The notes beneath the pieces are model-generated. The model searched no databases, was not told the DNA's origin, and saw only the letters and a program-made list of their open reading frames with translations. Shown here piece after piece: positions 63,111 to 64,000 of a stretch of 64,000 bases of DNA (position 1 is the stretch's first letter; each line of letters starts with the position of its first letter). The stretch is from Podarcis filfolensis (Eukaryota): the NCBI GenBank assembly GCA_964270895.1, contig OZ185436.1; one strand, 5' to 3'. The position numbers were made by a program, and so were the translations under genes.

Positions 63111-64000
63111 GCTTCAAACTGTGGTATGCTGGCAGTAAACAAGCCCTAGTAAAACCATAGAATAATAAATAAACCATGGTTTACTGTTATCTGTAAAGCT
63201 TGCCATTGATGGATGGCACAGGTGCTGCAAAAGCTTCCTCTCCTGCTTTCAGTAAACACACAACCCCCCAACCCCCCGCCCCTTAGTTGGAGATACAGCA
63301 ATGTAAGTCCTCCACCCCAGCCCAGCCAGAGCTCAGCTGACTAAGCTGAAGCCAGATCAGCCAGGACCAGTGTCAGTTCCCTCAAAAGGGTGTTGTGGGG
63401 CAGTGGCAGGGATGTGGTGGAGAGAGAATGGAAAGGGGTGAGACCTACCCATATTCCAAACTCTTAATCAGCTCAGCAACATGATCGCAGGGCCAGCCTA
63501 CCCATGAGGCAAAGTGAGACAATTGTCTCAGGCAGCAGGATCCACTGGGGCAGCAAATCCCAACACAGATCTTTATTCCCCTCTCCTTGTTCCTGATGCA
63601 GACCGTCACTTATCCCTTCTTCCCTGGAATGGAGGGTGGCCATTTTGTGGTTTGCCTCAGGCCCCAAAATGTCTTTGGGCTGGCACTGAATGATCTAGCA
63701 ATTCAACAGAATTCACACTGGCAAAAACTCCTGGATGGAGTTAGGAAAAGGGATAAGTTACAATTGCATAATTTACACAAGTGTAAATTACACAGGCTTC
63801 CTATAGTTTGGATTGTTGTTAGTATATTACAGAAAAGAGGTTGGTACAGATGGCAGTAGGAACAGAATCTTTACTCTGAATTTTCTTTAAGTATAAGGTA
63901 GACTCTCCCATTCTACTTATCTTTTAGGGGGAGAACTACTTGTTAAGAGAGAAAAAACATGTTCCCCAACTCCAGGCATTCCTTATAAGGAAATATCAAG

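Noticed and set aside
63769-63790. 10-bp perfect hairpin taatttacac-aa-gtgtaaatta (and an imperfect one at 16761-16806)
   Set aside because: Too short for a pre-miRNA; consistent with decayed palindromic MITE cores.

Overview
This is vertebrate genomic DNA, most likely from a lacertid lizard, judged from Sauria SINEs, a Squam3-like SINE, squamate CR1/L2/RTE remnants, and hAT and Tigger-like MITEs. It is AT-rich, almost entirely non-coding, and has a 188-N assembly gap at 48512-48699. The only coding sequence I recognise is a 46-nt first coding exon on the minus strand (57096-57051, MLHTANKGRKASTEA-G, phase-1 donor CAG|gtaag). It matches, from memory and not from a search, the alternative N-terminus MLHAANKGRKPSAEAG of mammalian teneurin-2. 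The window is therefore best read as part of the large TENM2 intron upstream of the RPIPPTSS exon, which I did not find here and which should lie below coordinate 1. It contains an internal CpG-retaining promoter at about 57.0-57.6 kb. None of the long ORFs in the supplied track looks like a real gene. I see no prokaryote-like operon, CRISPR array or other clear new molecular system. The best leads are regulatory or splicing hypotheses: a possibly bidirectional promoter with a spliced antisense transcript; several unannotated-looking minus-strand exon candidates whose phases fit the TENM2 frame; a CTCF-like site; and a sense-oriented solo LTR carrying a tandem CCAAT array. All were found by eye among many splice-like sites, so some will be chance.
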